Assembly (NCBI RefSeq): GCF_963921235.1
Contig: NC_086097.1
Span: 166,472,001 to 166,536,000, forward strand
Length of the DNA stretch: 64,000 nt
Source: Mobula hypostoma
Taxonomy: Eukaryota
Direction: 5' to 3'
Shown: piece after piece, positions 61,571 to 64,000 of the stretch
How positions within the stretch are numbered: position 1 is the stretch's first letter
Layout of the letters: the number at the start of each line of letters is the position of its first letter
Program-made: the position numbers and the translations under genes
Notes under the pieces: generated by a model
Databases searched by the model: none
What the model saw: only the letters and a program-made list of their open reading frames with translations
What the model was told of the DNA's origin: nothing

Positions 61571-62689
61571 TATCCAATGACCATTCACATCCTTCTGAGG
61601 TTGGAAAATCCAAAGAACTGTAGCTGTCTGCATGAGAAAATGCCTGATTATTGCAATTCCGACAGAGACCAGCAAACAGTAACAGTTGATTCTGAAATGT
61701 AATTTACTGACCAACACTGGGTTCCCAAAATAGACTTGAAACCGAGCACTACTAGGGGAGGAGATTATTAGATGGACTGAAGAAAAGATTCAAGGGTACA
61801 AAGACTCTCTGAAGTCCCTGGTCTGTTATTGTACAAAATGGAGAAACAGCATTTCGGGTGGTATTGAGGGTCTTGAGTCCATGCATCAGGAGCATGACAG
61901 AAGCAATTTGAAGGTGGCAGGAGTACATCATCTCACAAAATTAACCACCCACCCACCATTTGTGTCACTCCCTGTTCCACCTGGGGAGAAGTCTGCAGTT
62001 CTTAAATTACCTCAGAATCTATAAAAACAAAATGGAAAAGTCATGAGAATCACAAAAGAAAATTTGCAAATGCTAGAAATCTGAAATAAAACCAGAAAAG
62101 GCTAGAAAAACTTGGCAAATAGGAGAGTACCTGTGGAAAGAGAAAGAGTTAATATTTCAGGTTTGGGACTCTATATCAGAACTGATTAAAGTCATCTTTG
62201 ATCCAGGGTACCTAATTACTCCAAGAATCTTGGCAATTTTAAGTACTTTCAAAATCATGGCTCTATATCTATGTCTGAAGATCTTTTAATTGAATCAATC
62301 TATTCCTCTTTCCTTCCTTCAAGAATTATTTTCTTCAACTAATTGGTTTAAGTTCCACAGTGTTTTCAATTAAATGACTCAAATAATGAAGAACTGCTTT
62401 GTAAAATAATCTTCCCATTTTTCCAAATAACTTGAAAAGAGGTTTGTGTTTCTTGTCAAAAGATAGTGGAAAAGCTGCCAATTGCTATTGTCAATTTTTA
62501 TGAGTAGATCAAAACTAATGCAATATATCACATGGAAATTAATACAGTGCTGGAATACTGTGCAGGGCAGCCAATATCTAAATTAAATGAGATTAAGACT
62601 GCAAGTAGGGCCTTTGAATAGAACATTTACTCAAGTTCCCTTAGTTTTTAGTTAGGTGAAAGATGTATGAACTGCAAATATAAATATAG

Positions 62690-63600
62690 GTTTAAGGTGA
62701 GCGCGGACAATTTCTTCACACACAGCATGGTGCATTTACAGAATGAGTTGCCAGAGGAAATGATTGAGGCAGGAACAATGATAGCATTGGGAAGACACTT
62801 ACTTGGACAGTTACATGGATAGGAAATGTTTAGAGGGATGTGGACCAAGTGCAGAGAAATAGCAGTAGTTTAGATGGAAATCTTAGTCAGCATGGAGGAG
62901 ATGGACTAAAGGGCTCTTTTCCATGCTGTATTACTCTGTGACTTGATGACTCTATGATGACCTAATAGTCCCATGCCTCTGAGTATGGAGTTGAAGCTGG
63001 AAAAGTCTGAAGGTTGAAATTGAAGATGGAGTACGGGATTGAAGGCAGGATCCTTAATAGTGCGGAGGAACAGAGGGACCTTGTGGACCCCATGCACAGA
63101 TCCCATGAAGCTGTTGCACACGTTGATAGGGTGATTAAAAAGGCGGTGCAGTTTCTGTGCCATACAATGATGCAGATTGTTAGGATGCTGCCTACTGTGC
63201 ATCTGTAAAATGCCATGATTACCGATGTACATAGTCCAGCTCTCTACTGTGCATCTGTAGAATGACGTGAGTATAGATGTGCATAGTCCAGCTCACTTCA
63301 GCCTCCTCAGAAAGTGGAGGCATTGGTTAGCATCCCTGGTTGTGCAGAATGTCTTCAGGGACCATGGGCAGTTGTGTGAGATATGCACTCCCAGGAGTTT
63401 GAAACTGCACACTGTTTCAAACTCCTTTATTAGTTGAGGAATTGAGTTCAAGAACCGTGAGGTAATGTTGCAGATCTATAAACCTCTGGTTACAGCACAC
63501 TTGGAGTATTGTGTTTCAGTGTTGGTCACTTTATTATAGGAAGGATGAGAAAGCTTTAGAGAGGGTACAGAGGAGATTAATTAATATGCTTCCTGGATTA
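62690..63600. mobile_element. Patchwork of short CR1 (plus) and Rex1-type (minus) fragments
   Basis: CR1 3' UTR at 62690-62960, EQRDL..VDRVIKKA at 63010-63145, FYRCTVGSILT on minus at 63145-63420, HLEYCV-like at 63425-63600. Confidence 0.6.
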
Positions 63601-63604
63601 GAAT

Positions 63605-64000
63605 GAGAATTACAATCACAATCAGGTTTATTATCACTGGCATATGTAGTGAAATTTGTTTACTTCGAGGCAGCAGTATAATGCTGTACATGATGATACA
63701 GAAAAAAATAAGTCAATTACAGTAAGTATGTATGTATATTAAATAGTTAAATTAAAAATAGTTCAGAAATAGAAATAATATTTTAAAAAAAGTGAGGTAG
63801 CGATCATGGGTTCAATGTCCAAATAGAATTCGGATGGCGGAGGGGAAGAAGCTATTCCTGAGTTTCTCAATGTGCGCCTGTAGGCTTCTGTTATCTCCTT
63901 CCTGATGTTAATAATGAGAAAAGGGCATGCTCTGGGTGATGGGAATCCTTAATAATGGACGCTGCCTTTCTGAGGGACCACTCCATGAAGATGTCTTGGA
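63605..64000 (-). mobile_element. Rex1/Babar-type LINE 3' end running off the window
   Basis: Similar to 4672-5060 (aatcaggtttattatcactggc...ggggaagaagctattcctga). Confidence 0.82.

Overview
Repeat-dense, apparently non-genic window of a vertebrate genome. The repeat repertoire suggests a cartilaginous fish, probably a ray or skate (inference). I recognised no intact host gene, rRNA, true tRNA or CRISPR array, and nearly all track ORFs are transposon fragments or antisense noise. Content: many truncated CR1 and Rex1/Babar LINEs, one RTE and one Tx1-like LINE, Penelope-like elements (PLEs) with GIY-YIG endonuclease, tRNA-derived SINEs, several Gypsy/ERV remnants, and DNA transposons (Tigger, two nested hATs, Harbinger, a CAC...GTG element with a 4-bp TSD). 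Main observations: (1) a Gypsy LTR element (1135-3705, minus) whose RNase H/integrase core is replaced by an intronless, internally deleted sarcomeric myosin heavy chain rod sequence (MYH16-like); (2) minimal hammerhead ribozyme motifs in PLE 3' repeats, including two independent TSD-flanked mini-insertions that fold back on the ribozyme core (10643-10840 and 56332-56545); (3) a retroviral gamma-type env remnant with its 3' LTR (9898-11040, minus), revealed by removing a PLE insertion; (4) a four-level nested transposon at 37550-39112. Family assignments come from motif recognition by eye, with no database search, and boundaries of decayed repeats are approximate.
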